A stretch of 64,000 nt of DNA from Octopus vulgaris (Eukaryota). The notes beneath the pieces were generated by a model. The model searched no databases. It was not told the origin of the DNA and worked only from the letters and a program-made list of their open reading frames with translations. The position numbers and the translations under genes are program-made. Location of the stretch: positions 4,402,001-4,466,000 of the forward strand of contig OX597832.1 in assembly GCA_951406725.2 (NCBI GenBank). Direction: 5' to 3'. Below, piece by piece: positions 63,578 to 64,000 of the stretch (its first letter is position 1; each line of letters starts with the position of its first letter).

Positions 63578-64000
63578 ACATATATAATGATAATAAAGAC
63601 ACCTTACACCCACTCTGTGAGTGATTACACTGTAAGAGCAAATGAGCTTTTAGTTAAATTGATTACACACACACAAATAGACAGATAGATACTATACACC
63701 TGCATTGGAATCTAATTATCAAGCCACTAAACTGTATTTATACCACAACTGAAGCCAAACATTAACCACATTACCCCCAACAACTCACTTTATTCATGCA
63801 GCACAGAAAGGATATTGTTTTAAGATCTGCCCTATCTCATAAAAATAGAAAATAAAAAATAAATTAAAGGCTTAATTGTGTCAGGTGTATATTCAAATGC
63901 TTCCTACCCTAGCCTCAAGTTGAACAAAGCCCAGTGACTAAATTTATTTAATAGAGAGAGACTATGTAGAAGCACATCATGTAGGAGGGGGGGTACACTT

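Overview
Animal genomic DNA that is AT-rich, CpG-depleted and dense in microsatellites and transposon remnants. The SINE families and overall texture suggest an octopus genome (inference from pattern recognition, not a database match). The left end holds the last two coding exons of a TSPAN6/7-like tetraspanin (+ strand, 1737-1820 and 6855-6926) followed by a long SINE-free putative 3'UTR. The right third probably holds the 3' end of a convergent, unidentified minus-strand gene (acceptor at 45651, about 4.5 kb repeat-free putative 3'UTR). The rest is decayed mobile DNA: CRE-, R4/Dong-, RTE- and I/Nimb-like LINE fragments, DD37D, Tc1 and mariner transposons, MITEs, several tRNA-derived SINE families and a tRNA-Trp pseudogene. 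Almost all ORFs in the supplied track are spurious or transposon debris. The best structural find is a type I hammerhead ribozyme motif with an intact core (14312-14373, minus strand) lying between two long fold-back hairpins. Other notable items are hammerhead-like folds with non-canonical cores, an (ATT/TAA)n niche where SINEs and Dong-like elements pile up in opposite orientations, a bZIP-motif cluster and a candidate microexon. I cannot support a novel multi-gene system from this sequence.
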